Shown one piece after another: positions 9,467 through 19,900 of a DNA stretch of 64,000 bases. Numbering within the stretch: the first letter of the stretch is position 1; every line of letters starts with the position of its first letter. This DNA is from Euryarchaeota archaeon UBA103 (GTDB lineage Archaea > Thermoplasmatota > Poseidoniia > Poseidoniales > Thalassarchaeaceae), in the NCBI GenBank assembly GCA_002506825.1, contig DAYH01000030.1:8346-72345 (forward strand), given 5' to 3'. Made by a program: the position numbers and the translations under genes. The notes beneath the pieces are model-generated. The model did not search any database. It was not told the DNA's origin and worked only from the letters and a program-made list of their open reading frames with translations.

Positions 9467-10783
9467 TTAAGAGAATAGAATATTCTCAGAAACCTTGGAT
9501 ACCTTACCTTCATGCCCTGGTAGGGTCATCACATAGAATACCGCCTGGCTAACCTGCCTATTTCTTAATGCCTCGGCAATTGGGGTGTGTTCCCTCAACC
9601 ATCTGGTTCTGCCATCATCACCAATAATTCTAATATCGACTTGAGACATTCTTGGTTCGGCGAGTAGGAGCTTGATATTTGGAACATCTATGGCCACATA
9701 GCCGGGTTCTAGACCGGCCCTCCTAGCAATCTCATCTTCAAATTCGAGCCTCTTGTTGGAGTCCGAAGCAAGCTCTGCCAGTAAATTGATATTTTCGTCA
9801 TTGAGTTCCTGCCTCCTCCTAGATAAGCAAACTTTGAGTAGTTGCCTATACTTCAATCTCCTAATCATATCTCGAGCGAAATCTCCTGCTTCGTGCATTA
9901 CTTGCCAAATCTCTGCGTCTACCCTTCTCTGGAGATCGAAAGTGTCAGGAGTGTTATCTTCACTACGCTCTACTGCCCTCGAGAGCATGACCTCTGTGAC
10001 CCTAGTGACTCTGTGGAAATATACTGCACTGTACATCAGGCCTCTGGCAACGAGCATTCCTTCGAGTGCCGGCAGACCGCCTTCTTCCACCGAAATATCC
10101 CCCCCATGCCTTTCTAGACACCTGATTAGTCTTCTATGATCAATCACTCCATGCTTTACGCCTGTAAAGTGCGAGTCTCTGAGAAGGTAGTCGATTTGGT
10201 CGCAATCTACCGGGCCGTGTACAAGATGAGCCATTGTCTTATCATTCTGAACAAAGTTTGTTTTACCTTCGGTCCAAGAGAGAAGGTTTCTCTCCGAACC
10301 TCTAGCATCGGGACCTCTTATTAGGCCTGCAACCTCCTTAGGATCTATACCGTGATTCTCAAGGATTTCTGGTACGCTTACTCTCTCTTGAATTGATGAC
10401 TCTTCGCCATCCCTTAACACGTCGTAGTCGCCAAGAATAATTCCCTCAGTAATTGACATGTGGTCCAAACCTCCCCTCTCATGTAGAATATGCTCCAATG
10501 TATGAGAATAGGGGCCATGTCCTACATCATGCAATAGCGCGGCAACACTTACCGCATCAGTCTCAGAACTATCTAGGCCCAGAGACTCTGACATCATACC
10601 AGCGACATGAGATACACCGAGGGAATGCTCGAAGCGAGTATGGTGGGCTCCGGGGAATACTAGATGTGCCAGTCCCAGTTGTTTGATATGGCTTAGCTTA
10701 TTCATCTCAGGAGTTTTGAGAAGCTCCTCTCTGACGCCATCAATCCTGAACTGCCCATGGATTGCGTCATTGATTGTTTTCAT
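9467..10783 (-). CDS. HD-domain phosphohydrolase (dGTPase/SAMHD1-like, COG1078-type)
   Basis: HTRFEHSLGVSHVAGMM ... LLHDVGHGPYSH ... DQIDYLLRDSHFTGV are the classic H..HD..D metal-binding and DxxxYxxRD motifs. Confidence 0.8.
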   Translation of the reverse strand: MKTINDAIHGQFRIDGVREELLKTPEMNKLSHIKQLGLAHLVFPGAHHTRFEHSLGVSHVAGMMSESLGLDSSETDAVSVAALLHDVGHGPYSHTLEHILHERGGLDHMSITEGIILGDYDVLRDGEESSIQERVSVPEILENHGIDPKEVAGLIRGPDARGSERNLLSWTEGKTNFVQNDKTMAHLVHGPVDCDQIDYLLRDSHFTGVKHGVIDHRRLIRCLERHGGDISVEEGGLPALEGMLVARGLMYSAVYFHRVTRVTEVMLSRAVERSEDNTPDTFDLQRRVDAEIWQVMHEAGDFARDMIRRLKYRQLLKVCLSRRRQELNDENINLLAELASDSNKRLEFEDEIARRAGLEPGYVAIDVPNIKLLLAEPRMSQVDIRIIGDDGRTRWLREHTPIAEALRNRQVSQAVFYVMTLPGHEGKVSKVSENILFS

Positions 10784-10923
10784 GCAAGCCCCGTCTCTGC
10801 GAGAGTGTGCCCCCCATTAATGGAACTGCCTAGATATGATGGAGATAATTGTAATTCAATTGCATTTCATATGAGATACAATTAATACCCCCCTCCCCTT
10901 TCGACAGTTCAGTAGGTGTCGAT

Positions 10924-11292
10924 ATGTCCGGTCACAGTCCAATGGTCTCACTTAGAATTCCGGAAGATCACCTTCTAGAATTAGACAGAATGGTAGGCTT
11001 TGATGGAATGAGAAATCGTTCTGATGTTATTCGGTCAGCGATTAGAAAGTATCTGACTGACGAGTACCAGGTTAGTGGAGAGAAGGTAGAAGTAAATCTA
11101 GGTCCCGATCTAAGTTCCATAATGGATGATTTCTGTAAATTACATGGTGAGAAACCTGACTCAGTTTTGAGGCAGGCGGCTAGAGAACACATTAGAAGTG
11201 TTACAGTTGAAAACAGTAAAGTTACAGATATGATTTCTTCCAGAATGAATGAGCTGAGAGAAAGAAGCAATGACGATTCAAACGCTATATGA
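10924..11292 (+). CDS. Ribbon-helix-helix (CopG/NikR-N-like) transcriptional regulator
   Basis: VSLRIPEDHLLELDRMVGFDGMRNRSDVIRSAIRKYL fits an RHH beta-strand plus two helices. Small (122 aa) and divergent from the HD gene. Confidence 0.65.
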   Translation: MSGHSPMVSLRIPEDHLLELDRMVGFDGMRNRSDVIRSAIRKYLTDEYQVSGEKVEVNLGPDLSSIMDDFCKLHGEKPDSVLRQAAREHIRSVTVENSKVTDMISSRMNELRERSNDDSNAI

Positions 11293-11332
11293 GGCGAGGG
11301 AAATGTGTGAGGATGGGATGCACAGAACCAAC

Positions 11333-11358
11333 GCGGGGGGGCCTAATAGCCCCCTCGC
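11333..11358. other. 10-bp GC-rich hairpin (one G-U pair) in the 184-nt RHH/XPD intergenic spacer
   Basis: GCGGGGGGGC-CTAATA-GCCCCCTCGC. An upstream copy GCGAGGG (11294-11300) could pair alternatively with CCCTCGC (11352-11358). Confidence 0.4.
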
Positions 11359-11476
11359 ACCCAAATTAAATGGCCTTAGAGGACTTAGGGATAGAGCCAT
11401 GAAAGCCCTCGGAAGTAGTTTCTAGAGGATTAGTCACTACCCAATCTTCTTGGCCGTCCTTTTCCCGGTAAAACAT

Positions 11477-13474
11477 ATGAGTGCGGGCGCGGCAGATTAT
11501 TCTGCAATATTTTTCGCCCATAAAGAAGCCAGAAGATCTCAGATAGAGATGATATCAGATGGGGTCGATACCCTATCTGGAGGAGGCTTCCTACTAGCTG
11601 CTGCACCCACAGGAATAGGAAAAACAGCGGCGGCGCTTGCATCAGCCTTACAAGCCTCATTTGATAACAATCTGTCTCCTGAAAGACCTAAGATAATTTT
11701 CATGACGGGAAGACAGTCTCAACACAGAATAGTAGTGGATACGGTTCGTAAAATTAATTCGAGAATTCCAGATGGAGTTCCAAAAATAACACTGGTCGAC
11801 ATAATCGGAAGGGAGGGCATGTGCGAATATGTGGACCGTTCAACTGGGAGATGCAGTTGTGAGGGCGATATTGTCGAAGAATCTCGTAAGTCTCGTCGGT
11901 CAGACATGAGAAAGAAGTTGCTCGAACAGCCCCGTCACGTAGACTGGAGTGTAAAATATGGAAGAGCTAGGAAAGTTTGCTCTTGGGCGACGGCTAGGAT
12001 GACGGCGGGGCACGCAGATATTCTTGTATGCGACTACAATCATGTTTTCGTGGAGGGGGTCAGGGAGGCATCTTTACCTGCTATGGGCATAGAACTAGAG
12101 AATTCTATTCTAATTGTAGATGAAGCCCATAACCTACCAGATAGGATAAGAAGCGGTTTGGAGAGAAGGGTTACAGATGATGTTTTTAGAAGAGCTTTGG
12201 ATAACATAGAGGAATACAAGGGAAATTTAGAGAAGACTAATTCTGATCTTGAATTGCCTGAATCTAGCCAACTCAGAGACGTAAGAAACCTGGAAATGCA
12301 AGTTAAGGCTCTCCAAGAACCAATATTGAACTGGCTACAGGAAAAGAAGCTTGAAAATGAGGAAACTAAGGGAGATGACTTAAGGATATCAACTCAAGAT
12401 TTCTTGGACGTATTTTCTAAAGCTACGGAAGGCGCCATAGAAGACGATGAAACGGATGAAATTTCTAGAGTAATATTGATGGTAAGACGTTTATTTTCTG
12501 TGACAATTGATGAAGAGGAGGATGCAGATGATGAAGAGCAGAATGATTGTACAAGAATAGCGGAGATGCTTGAAATATGCATCAAGTTCAGAAATAGTTC
12601 TGCATTGTCTTTGGTATTTGACGAACTACTTGATAGTCCACGTATAACCTGTCATCTTCTTGATCCGAGCGTGGTTGGGAAATCAGTGTTCGAAAGATGC
12701 CGTGGATCAATTTTGATGTCTGGAACTCTATTCCCTCCTGAGATGTATTCCGACATACTTGGAATACCAACCATGCAATCTGTTTGTAAAATATATTCAT
12801 CAGATTTTCCAATAGAGAATAGGCCAGTTCTTATCGCCAGCGATGTTACTAGTAAATTTACTGAGCGTGAAAGAAGTATTCCGATCATAGGGCAACATGT
12901 TAGGGCGGTTATTGAAAATACTAATGGAAATGTAGCCATCTTTGCACCCAGTTATAGCATGTTAGAAAGAATACATTCAGACTTCGAAAATTTAGGTTGG
13001 AGTAGTAAAAGAATACTAAAGGAAGAGCAGCGAATGAGTAAGGGAAGAGTGGAGTCTATGATTTCAAAACTCTATGAACAGAAAGAAATGGGAGGTGCAG
13101 TAATCTTTGGAGTTCTGAATGGTAAACTTTCGGAAGGTGTTGACTATTCAGATAATATTCTGGATGCGTTGGTCTGTATTGGGCTGCCCCTTCCCCCCCC
13201 TAGTGCCAAACAGGATGCTTTGATAGAGTACTTCACTAACAAATTTGATAGGAATAGAGCATGGAAGTATGCTAGTCTTCAACCTGCTGTAAATAGTATT
13301 CTCCAAGCACTGGGAAGGCCGATAAGGAAGAAGCAGGACAGAGCAATAATTGTACTATTGGAAAAGAGAATCCTTGAGCGGAGGATCAGTGATTGTATGC
13401 CTTCGATGATGAAGATGCAAACCTCAAAACCCTCTAGGACCGCAGAGAGAGTAAAGGCATTCTTCGACATCTAG
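11477..13474 (+). CDS. XPD/Rad3-type Fe-S DNA helicase (DEAD_2 family)
   Basis: Walker A AAPTGIGKTAAAL. Four-Cys Fe-S module (EGMCEY, GRCSCEG, KVCSW). VCDYNHVF. DEAH box IVDEAHNL. C-terminal GKLSEGVDYSDN and QALGRPIRKKQDRAIIVLLEKR. The track start at 11450 is TTG; ATG at 11477. Confidence 0.85.
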   Translation: MSAGAADYSAIFFAHKEARRSQIEMISDGVDTLSGGGFLLAAAPTGIGKTAAALASALQASFDNNLSPERPKIIFMTGRQSQHRIVVDTVRKINSRIPDGVPKITLVDIIGREGMCEYVDRSTGRCSCEGDIVEESRKSRRSDMRKKLLEQPRHVDWSVKYGRARKVCSWATARMTAGHADILVCDYNHVFVEGVREASLPAMGIELENSILIVDEAHNLPDRIRSGLERRVTDDVFRRALDNIEEYKGNLEKTNSDLELPESSQLRDVRNLEMQVKALQEPILNWLQEKKLENEETKGDDLRISTQDFLDVFSKATEGAIEDDETDEISRVILMVRRLFSVTIDEEEDADDEEQNDCTRIAEMLEICIKFRNSSALSLVFDELLDSPRITCHLLDPSVVGKSVFERCRGSILMSGTLFPPEMYSDILGIPTMQSVCKIYSSDFPIENRPVLIASDVTSKFTERERSIPIIGQHVRAVIENTNGNVAIFAPSYSMLERIHSDFENLGWSSKRILKEEQRMSKGRVESMISKLYEQKEMGGAVIFGVLNGKLSEGVDYSDNILDALVCIGLPLPPPSAKQDALIEYFTNKFDRNRAWKYASLQPAVNSILQALGRPIRKKQDRAIIVLLEKRILERRISDCMPSMMKMQTSKPSRTAERVKAFFDI

Positions 13475-13514
13475 TAAGCAATGGGTTCATGTCAGACCAT
13501 CTCTTCCGTTCTTC

Positions 13515-13985
13515 ATGGAGTGGACCAGAGTTTCGATAGGAGAGAAAAAAGGCGATGTTCCTCAGATCCCAACACTTCCTGAATCATCAGGGCTTGATAC
13601 TGATGCCTTGTCATCTCATCAAAGATTCATGTCGAGTATTGGCCACATGACTGAAGTAATTGATAATCATGAAAAATCAACAAAAAGAGTATTACTTCCT
13701 GGGGTTGAGGCTTTAGGCGGATTTGACTCCATTAGATCCTTTCAAGACGGAGTTTCCGCGATAGGCGCTGAATCAATTGGTAACGGATTAGAGATTCTAC
13801 TATCAAAATCTATTATGGGCGAAGTACTTCTTCAGAAGATGGCTGTAGAGTCAGGACAGGCCATAAGACTAGTAGTGCCGGAAAAGTTTGGAGGAAACGT
13901 AGAGTCGTTCATGCTCCCCTTTGGGGCGACTGTGGACGAGGCGTTCTGGGATGGAAATAGATTGAAGATAACCTTCAATTACTAA
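13515..13985 (+). CDS. Hypothetical protein (156 aa)
   Basis: ATG-initiated ORF 40 nt after the helicase gene, same strand. No recognisable motifs. Its stop overlaps the stop of the convergent giant gene. Confidence 0.5.
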   Translation: MEWTRVSIGEKKGDVPQIPTLPESSGLDTDALSSHQRFMSSIGHMTEVIDNHEKSTKRVLLPGVEALGGFDSIRSFQDGVSAIGAESIGNGLEILLSKSIMGEVLLQKMAVESGQAIRLVVPEKFGGNVESFMLPFGATVDEAFWDGNRLKITFNY

Positions 13986-16900
13986 TCTTCAATTATTTTT
14001 CCTTTGGACCTTATTGGAACTTCCTCAAGTTGGTCTATTTCTTGTAGTACCGAGTTGAGAGCCATCTGGGCGCTTTCCCTATGTTGATCTCCAAGAACGT
14101 GACTGGAATACCTGGCTTCTTCGAATATTCTATCCAGCGACAGTAATGCCTGTTCACTTATTGGAAGTGCGCTCCTAATTGCCATTTCGAATTCCCTCAC
14201 TGTTTCGAAATCCCTTCTAAGGAACCCTCTACTCATCAATATTTTACAAAGTCCTTCATAACAATTGAAGATCGCTTCCCTAACTTCGTCTCCAGCGGCA
14301 AGAAGTTCTGCAGTGTAGCTAAATACGCCTGCCAATTCATCAATAGCAGCCTTCTTCTTTTTCCTTATGGAGACTACTAATGCTGAAACTCCTATCATGA
14401 ATGCTACCAGAATTATCGATAATATCGCGGGCCTTAGTAGTGAATCCGAAGCCTCGGCCTGATAGTTTATCTCAACTTCACTAAACTGGGCTAATTGAGT
14501 GGCGTTGACTGGATCGATAATGTCGGAGTCAGAGCTGAATTCCATATTCAACTCGCCCCAGAAGTCCCTATCCCAGAATGAGTGCTCTTCATGGAATGAC
14601 TCAAATTGATAGTTGAATATCCCATTTTCATCTGTCATCCCAACTACAGTAAAGAGTGTGTTAGTATCATTAGTTAGTCTGGCAGTTATGGACACGCCCT
14701 CTACTGGAGGGGCCCTATTATCATCTGAAGCGGTAACATTGATTTTTCCAGAAATCTTAGTCTGGCCCCTCTCGATAAAGAGTACATCAGGAATAAATTC
14801 AAAGTCAACACTAACTAGTATCTGCAGATCGAATTCCAGAGAAGCACCATTAAGGAATCTCTCTGCATCGGGATCCACTTCTATGGTAAAGACAGAATTA
14901 CCTGGTGGCATGTACGTTTTTGCATTGGAAGTAATTAGGAACTGACCTGTTGCTTGGTCCCATGTAATGATTGCATTTGGCTCTAACGACCCCTCCCATA
15001 GGAGTGACATTTCCATTTCTTCCATAGTATTTCCATCGCCCCCGATTTCAAGTACCCTGCCTCTGACTGTTATTGGCCTAGTCTCATCGCCTCTAACAAC
15101 CTCGTCCGATATCAGGAGTATTTCCACATTGATATCAGCCCTTGAGAAAACAGTAGTATTTGTCGAGTCAGGGAGATACAGCTCCTCTCCGTAAAAACTG
15201 ACTGATACTAGGTGGGCGCCTCGAGAAATTGAGTATCCTAATTCATGTGTGAACGAAAACGTCCCATCTATTCCTGTAGTCACTACCAAGATCTCGTTAC
15301 CGTCCAATATGAAAGAAATATTCCTATTTTCCAATCCTGGGCTCCCAGAGGTATCAGAATCATAGAGCCTCCCTGAGAAGTTCCACATTCCCCCTCTCGT
15401 TGCTACGCTGTTCTCGACATTTAGGGTAATAGTAGTGTGATATGCGATCGTGAGATTTGTCTCTACTGAAGTCTGTCGATAGTAGCCTTGATCGGGAGAA
15501 ATCACAGTTACTGGATGAACTCCCACATCTAGGAACTCTGAGACGACCCATGAAAGATGCCAACTACCATCCTCCTCAGTCACGGTAGTTCCTATCAATA
15601 TACCATCTACGAATATCTGTAATGAGTGATTTGAAAGCCACCCATCGGGAAGATTATCCCTAACTGTTCCTCTAAGATTTAGTTCATCCCCAACAGCTAT
15701 TGGTTCTGGATCTTCCACAGTCAGCACTGTGGGCGAGAATACAGTGAAGATTGTAGTAGAGTTTGATCCGAGGATGAATTCCTCGCCCTCGAATGATAGT
15801 GTTACCTCCCTCGGCCCGAGAGGCATATCAGAAGGAACGGGGAAGAATAGACTAAATGAGCCATTTGCATCCACATTGAGCGAGGTCAACATCTGCCCAT
15901 TCATGTAAGCATCGAGACTTCTGTTAGGGAGTGGTCTTCCGGCACCATCGGTTAAAATTCCTTCAATTAGTAAGAGTTCGTTTCTGTCTATCTCGCCCTG
16001 AGGAGTAGTTAGAACTACTTGTGAAGTCTGCGTTACGTTGAACGGAGTTGTAGTAATTGACGATAAGTAATATTCCGGGTTCAGTGAGTCTCCTTGACCC
16101 ATGGGGTCGACCCATGTAAAACCGCCTAGGAACTCGATACTGAATGTATGCTGACCATAGTCCATATCCAATGGGAGGTCGTATGTGATTTGCCATGTGC
16201 CAGATGATGAGTTTGAAATATCGATGTACAGGGGTCCGACGTCAATCCCATCTATCGAGAGGTGAACGACCCCACCTTTCGGTGAACCGTCCTCAAGCAA
16301 AGGTAAGCCATGCTCGTCCAGGAGTGTTCCTCTGAATATTACCTGCTCCCCGGCTACAGCAGAACCTGAAATATCTGCCACTTCAATAACAGTCGGGGCC
16401 AGAATAATTATCCTAGTCCAAGTCTGATCGCCAGATAATCCAGTAGTTCCATTTATTCCGTCGAAAACCGCAGTCACGGTCATAGGTCCAGGATTTCTAT
16501 TTGAGTCGGTTGCTAAACTCGTGTTAATGAGGCCGTTTGAATCGGTAAATCCTGACCATGTCTGAAGACCATCAACTAGAATTTTAACTTCTACATTACC
16601 GACATTTTCTCCGGCATTATCCATTATGGAAATATTTAGGTCTGATGGATCCCCTCTGACTGTTCTTGCATTTGGATCCAGATCTGTTGGGTTGATAATC
16701 GATATCATTGAGAATCCCCTGCTATCGAAACTTCCGTTGCTAGAACTTGAGCTGTAATAATTTACAGTCGGTGTGTATGTAGCTGAGATGTTGTGTGTCC
16801 CCCTCGGGAATGACATCTCCAAGAAAATTCTGGCTGACCAACTTCCATTTGGATCGACTGCTCCTCCCGAAACTGAGAATCCCGTAGAGACATTATCGAT

Positions 16901-19900
16901 CAAGAAGGTTAGGCTTGGCGAAAGAGGATTTCCATTTCTATCCACGATACCACTGCCGTTACTTGAGGTTAGATTCCCAGATACGTCCATGAAATCTCCT
17001 GCAGTCGGGTTCGCGGTAATGGGGCTAAATGATATGGAGGTCGGAGATCTGACGATTATGGTATTGATGAATGTGAAAGAAGTATGTAGGGACTCAGTAC
17101 CATTGGAACCATTGAACATCAACATAACTGATATCGCCCCCAGTGGGTGGGAGTGTGGAACATCGAATGAGAAATTTACATATCCCCCAGAATTAGAAGA
17201 AGTCTCCGTTGACATCCATGTATCATGGAATTTCGCGGCCACGCTCATCCCAGATATTTCTCTGTCATTATTTGATGACTCAACAAACTTAGCACCGAAG
17301 GAAATGGAAGAACCTCTGTCTACGATTGTATTTATGAGGGGGACACGATCTATGAATTGAACAACTCCCCTTACTAGTACCGATTCTGAACCGGTCCCGG
17401 TTAGGTAGAATGGACTACTTCCGTTTTCAACGCTGATTACAACTGTCTTGAGGCCATTAGAAATCCCATCTCCCAATGGATCGGTAGGTACGGAAACGGA
17501 AAATGTGCCATTCGGCGAGGTAGCAAAACCAGATATGAGCTTCTCACTAGGATCATTCAGGAAGAAGACTTCTATTGAGACAGGGCCACTAACTGTCCTA
17601 TTGACATCGAAAGAATCCATCACTTTACCTGTCACAAGGAATGACTGACCCGCAGTTACCTCAGGGAGGGGAGAATTATCTATCCTAACGCTACTGGAAA
17701 CCTGGACTGTTAGATTCATGTAGCTCTGGTTGGCAAGCCATCTGCCTGCATCTGGAGTATCCAGAGAGTCTGTCAAGTCGTCCGGAGCTAGAATCAGCAC
17801 GTCATAGTAGCCAGGAGGGGCATCACTAGGAATTAGAGACTGAAATTCAACGACGCCGTCATTTCCAGTGACAGAGATATTCATTAGCTGCTCAAGAGAA
17901 CCCCCCCAATCAAAGTAAATTTCTACAGTGGCGTTAGAGAGTCTCTCGTTACTCTCAAGATCTCTGACTGTAGCTGAAGCAGATAGGTTTTCGCCCGCCA
18001 CCACGATTGCACTGGTATTGGTAGTCTGAACATCGAACATTGTCTGAATCCCTATGTCCAGTGTGTTTTCTATTGCTGGATCGAAGAAGTAAGGGATACC
18101 CCCGGGCGAGTTCTTTACGAAATCAAGGACTAGAACCGCTTGATAGACTCCTGAACCTATTCCACTAGGCATTGAGAATGATATGTTGTATTGTCCGCTG
18201 GTGGTATCCAACCAAGTTGACCCCAAGGTGTATCTATCAGGAGGGAGAGGATTGCCATCTGGCCCAGGAGGTAGACTGGAGGGGACATCTAAGAAGAGTG
18301 AGGCAGAAGTGTTGTTACCCAAAACAGTTGAGTTGAGATCGGAGTCTGTTACTGATCCTGAGATCCAAGTAGTATTGCCCATCGGAACCCACTCGGTACC
18401 GAGATTGAATATCGGAGACGCCCTGCCTTGGATCCTCACTGTATCAGATGTTTGATTGGGACTTATCCAGGTGGAACCGTTGTAACTGAGAACCCAAGGA
18501 TAGTCGCCTGCGAGAGTTAGATTCGAGGGGGCCCAAGAAGTTACTATTTTGGGAACGTCAGGATTGGAATCATTCCATACATCTGTGCCATTCACAGATA
18601 AGGAGAAGAGCCCAGGAAATGAAGTAATTTCTGCCCCAGTGTGGTCGGATAGTGAGACTAAGATATCTGTAGTAGAGCCCTTTGGAGAGGGGGCCATTGT
18701 ATAGTTGAAAACAATGTAGCTCTTGATACCGTGTTGATCGACTACGGTAGTTTCATCTTTAGCGAAAAGCTGATCTGCCAGATATTGGTATCTAATCTCA
18801 ACAAGTCCTGCAGGAATGGGGACTTCGGAATCTAGGAACGTCCAATTGACAGCGAATTGCCCAGGGCTTGATAGCCAGTCACTGTCGTTTAGATACCAAG
18901 AGTTCAGAGTTTGGAAGGGAGCATTTGTACCGGATCTCCTCATTTGCAATGTAAGGGTCCCATTCAGAGACTCTGGGACTTCAGATTTACTGAGGGCAGT
19001 ACCGTTGAGATATATTGGCCTATTAATCTCCAGTAGAGTATCGTTTAATCCCTGTCCTTCCAGTGAAATCGTCAGATTAGGAGCCTGTGTCAAATTGAGA
19101 TTGATGGTTTCCGAAGATGGCCTGATATGGAATACAGGACCCGATGCATTGTTTAGATCGTATTGATGCCAGCCGGTGTAATCAAGTGTTGCCGATATCA
19201 GGCCCTCTTGCTCGCTTTCATTAATTAATACTGAGAACTCAAAATATCCCCCGGGGCCGATACTAGATATCAGGCTGACAGGGCCATCTTGTGAAGTGGT
19301 ATAATTCATCAGAACCTGCATACTGTCAATCAGTGAAATATCATTATATGGATTATTCTCCAGAGAAACTGAGCCAGTAATCGTAGTGTTTACGCCTATT
19401 CCTAATTTTGGCTCAGTGACTGGTTGGGGTTCGCTTAAAGACAGGGTGATGTCATCGGTGATATTCACGTTCCAGTCTGAGAAAATACCTTGATAACCAA
19501 CGTAACCGAGTGACTTGGTCATAACGACTAATGACGCGTTTCCTGGATTGACAGCTTCAGAAGGCATCCCCGTGATGTTAAAAGAGCCATTAGAGTCAGT
19601 CACGGCAGTACCCACAAGATGTTGAGAAACGGCCGCCAAACCGGGTATTTGATCTGTCATATTTGATTCAATCAGATACATTTCAACACCAACCCCTTCC
19701 ACTGATGTCTGATTATCTGTAAATCGTAGAGTGCCATTCATCCATATCGATTGTCCGGATAAATCTCTATCCAACCACAATGGGCCCCAAGACTCATTTG
19801 TAACCTCGACAAGAGACATTGCAGGACAGGCCTCGAATGGAATCCATCCCAAATCTGCGTTTCCAAGATTTTGGTTAGTTTGTAAGTGAACCTCTACCCA

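Noticed and set aside
11303-11425. 40-codon plus-strand ORF (MCEDGMHRTNAGGPNSPLAPKLNGLRGLRDRAMKALGSSF) in the RHH/XPD spacer.
   Set aside because: It has no ribosome-binding or TATA spacing support and no Cys/His or hydrophobic pattern, and it runs straight through the GC hairpin. It is more likely non-coding, so I kept the hairpin as the observation.
13193-13200. C8 homopolymer inside the XPD helicase gene (CTG CCC CTT CCC CCC CCT) as a possible slippage or phase-variation site.
   Set aside because: It is in frame as sequenced and encodes the conserved GLPLPPP segment of the helicase. A housekeeping repair helicase is an unlikely phase-variable gene.
16773-17360. 195-aa plus-strand ORF inside the giant gene, plus other antisense ORFs at 14613-15194, 17448-17648, 18183-18455 and 18816-19166.
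   Set aside because: All are embedded antisense in one uninterrupted 8.96-kb ORF that has coherent domain structure. Their composition is low-complexity and they have no independent signals.
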